From Escherichia coli (GTDB lineage Bacteria > Pseudomonadota > Gammaproteobacteria > Enterobacterales > Enterobacteriaceae), in assembly GCF_003334405.1 (NCBI RefSeq), contig NZ_QOWM01000009.1: a stretch of DNA of 64,000 nt; one strand, written 5' to 3'. The position numbers and the translations under genes were made by a program. Shown here in pieces: positions 60,633 through 64,000 of the stretch (the first letter of the stretch is position 1; each line of letters begins with the position of its first letter). The notes under the pieces are model-generated. The model ran no database searches, was not told the origin of the DNA, and saw nothing but the letters and a program-made list of their open reading frames with translations.

Positions 60633-61859
60633 ATGAATTACGAATTACTGACCACTGAAAATGCCCCGGTAAAAATGTGGACCAAAGGCGTGCCGGTAGA
60701 GGCCGATGCGCGTCAGCAACTTATTAATACGGCGAAGATGCCGTTTATTTTCAAACATATTGCGGTAATGCCTGATGTACACCTGGGTAAAGGTTCCACC
60801 ATTGGTAGCGTGATCCCGACCAAAGGGGCGATTATTCCGGCGGCGGTGGGCGTGGATATTGGCTGTGGAATGAACGCGCTGCGTACCGCGTTAACGGCGG
60901 AAGACCTGCCTGAAAACCTGGCAGAGCTGCGTCAGGCGATTGAAACGGCCGTGCCGCACGGGCGTACCACTGGCCGTTGTAAACGTGATAAAGGTGCCTG
61001 GGAAAATCCACCTGTTAACGTCGATGCTAAATGGGCTGAGCTTGAAGCCGGTTATCAGTGGTTAACGCAAAAATATCCCCGTTTCCTGAATACCAATAAC
61101 TATAAACACCTGGGAACGCTGGGAACCGGTAACCACTTTATTGAAATCTGCCTTGATGAGTCGGACCAGGTGTGGATTATGCTGCACTCCGGTTCACGCG
61201 GAATTGGTAACGCCATCGGGACTTACTTTATCGATCTGGCACAAAAAGAGATGCAGGAAACGCTTGAGACGTTGCCGTCGCGTGATCTGGCGTACTTTAT
61301 GGAAGGTACGGAATACTTTGATGATTACCTGAAAGCCGTGGCCTGGGCGCAGCTTTTTGCCAGCCTTAACCGCGATGCGATGATGGAAAACGTGGTAACG
61401 GCATTGCAGAGCATTACGCAGAAAACGGTCAGACAGCCACAAACGCTGGCGATGGAAGAGATCAACTGTCACCACAACTATGTGCAAAAAGAACAGCACT
61501 TTGGTGAAGAGATCTACGTGACGCGTAAAGGCGCGGTGTCTGCGCGTGCTGGTCAATATGGAATTATTCCCGGTTCGATGGGAGCAAAAAGCTTTATCGT
61601 CCGTGGGCTGGGAAATGAAGAGTCGTTCTGTTCGTGCAGCCACGGTGCCGGGCGGGTAATGAGCCGAACTAAAGCGAAAAAACTGTTCAGCGTGGAAGAT
61701 CAAATTCGTGCCACCGCGCATGTGGAATGCCGTAAAGATGCCGAAGTGATCGACGAAATCCCGATGGCGTATAAAGATATTGATGCGGTGATGGCGGCAC
61801 AAAGCGATCTGGTGGAAGTTATCTATACCCTGCGTCAGGTGGTGTGCGTAAAAGGATAA
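60633..61859 (+). CDS. rtcB: RNA-splicing ligase RtcB (3'-phosphate/5'-OH RNA ligase)
   Basis: 408 aa; conserved metal-binding His/Cys residues (HSGSRG, CHHN, SCSHGAGR). Confidence 0.95.
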   Translation: MNYELLTTENAPVKMWTKGVPVEADARQQLINTAKMPFIFKHIAVMPDVHLGKGSTIGSVIPTKGAIIPAAVGVDIGCGMNALRTALTAEDLPENLAELRQAIETAVPHGRTTGRCKRDKGAWENPPVNVDAKWAELEAGYQWLTQKYPRFLNTNNYKHLGTLGTGNHFIEICLDESDQVWIMLHSGSRGIGNAIGTYFIDLAQKEMQETLETLPSRDLAYFMEGTEYFDDYLKAVAWAQLFASLNRDAMMENVVTALQSITQKTVRQPQTLAMEEINCHHNYVQKEQHFGEEIYVTRKGAVSARAGQYGIIPGSMGAKSFIVRGLGNEESFCSCSHGAGRVMSRTKAKKLFSVEDQIRATAHVECRKDAEVIDEIPMAYKDIDAVMAAQSDLVEVIYTLRQVVCVKG

Positions 61860-62879
<1,020 letters not shown>

Positions 62880-62892
62880 TGCAGAGATGTAA

Positions 62893-62916
62893 GCCGGATC
62901 TGGCGCGTTATCCGGC
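62893..62916. terminator. Inverted repeat (REP-like hairpin) between convergent rtcA and malT
   Basis: gccggatctggcgcgttatccggc. Confidence 0.4.
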
Positions 62917-62921
62917 TAAAC

Positions 62922-64000
<1,079 letters not shown>

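Overview
This window reads as a contiguous stretch of Escherichia coli core chromosome, collinear (in reverse orientation) with the K-12 rhsB-nik ... rtc-malT region, with about 60 tightly packed, well-known genes. In order: 5' end of rhsB (runs off the window start), nikREDCBA, acpT, yhhT, yhhS, dcrB, yhhQ, tusA, zntA, yhhN, yhhM, yhhL, rsmD, ftsYEX, rpoH, livJ, panM, livKHMGF, ugpBAECQ, yhhA, ggt, yrhB, yrhA, yhhZ, yhhY, ryhB sRNA, yhhX, yhhW, gntRKU, yhgN, asd, glgBXCAP, yzgL, glpD, glpEGR, rtcR, rtcBA, and the 3' end of malT (runs off the window end). Gene identities rest on reading the supplied translations and on recalled K-12 gene order; no database search was run. I found no tRNA or rRNA genes, CRISPR array, prophage or IS element. 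Several textbook regulatory sites can be read directly: NikR operator, ZntR long-spacer promoter, rpoH sigmaE promoter, Fur box at ryhB, GntR and GlpR operators, a sigma54 promoter for rtcBA, and four REP/BIME clusters. I do not see a convincingly novel system. The one accessory-like locus is a roughly 2.3 kb AT-rich islet between ggt and yhhY carrying an Hcp-domain protein fused to an HNH-type nuclease (yhhZ), translationally coupled to a putative immunity gene (yrhA). This is a type VI-style polymorphic toxin/immunity module; yrhA appears intact here, with no IS1 in the islet. The Rhs gene at the window start is a second polymorphic-toxin locus but is truncated by the window.
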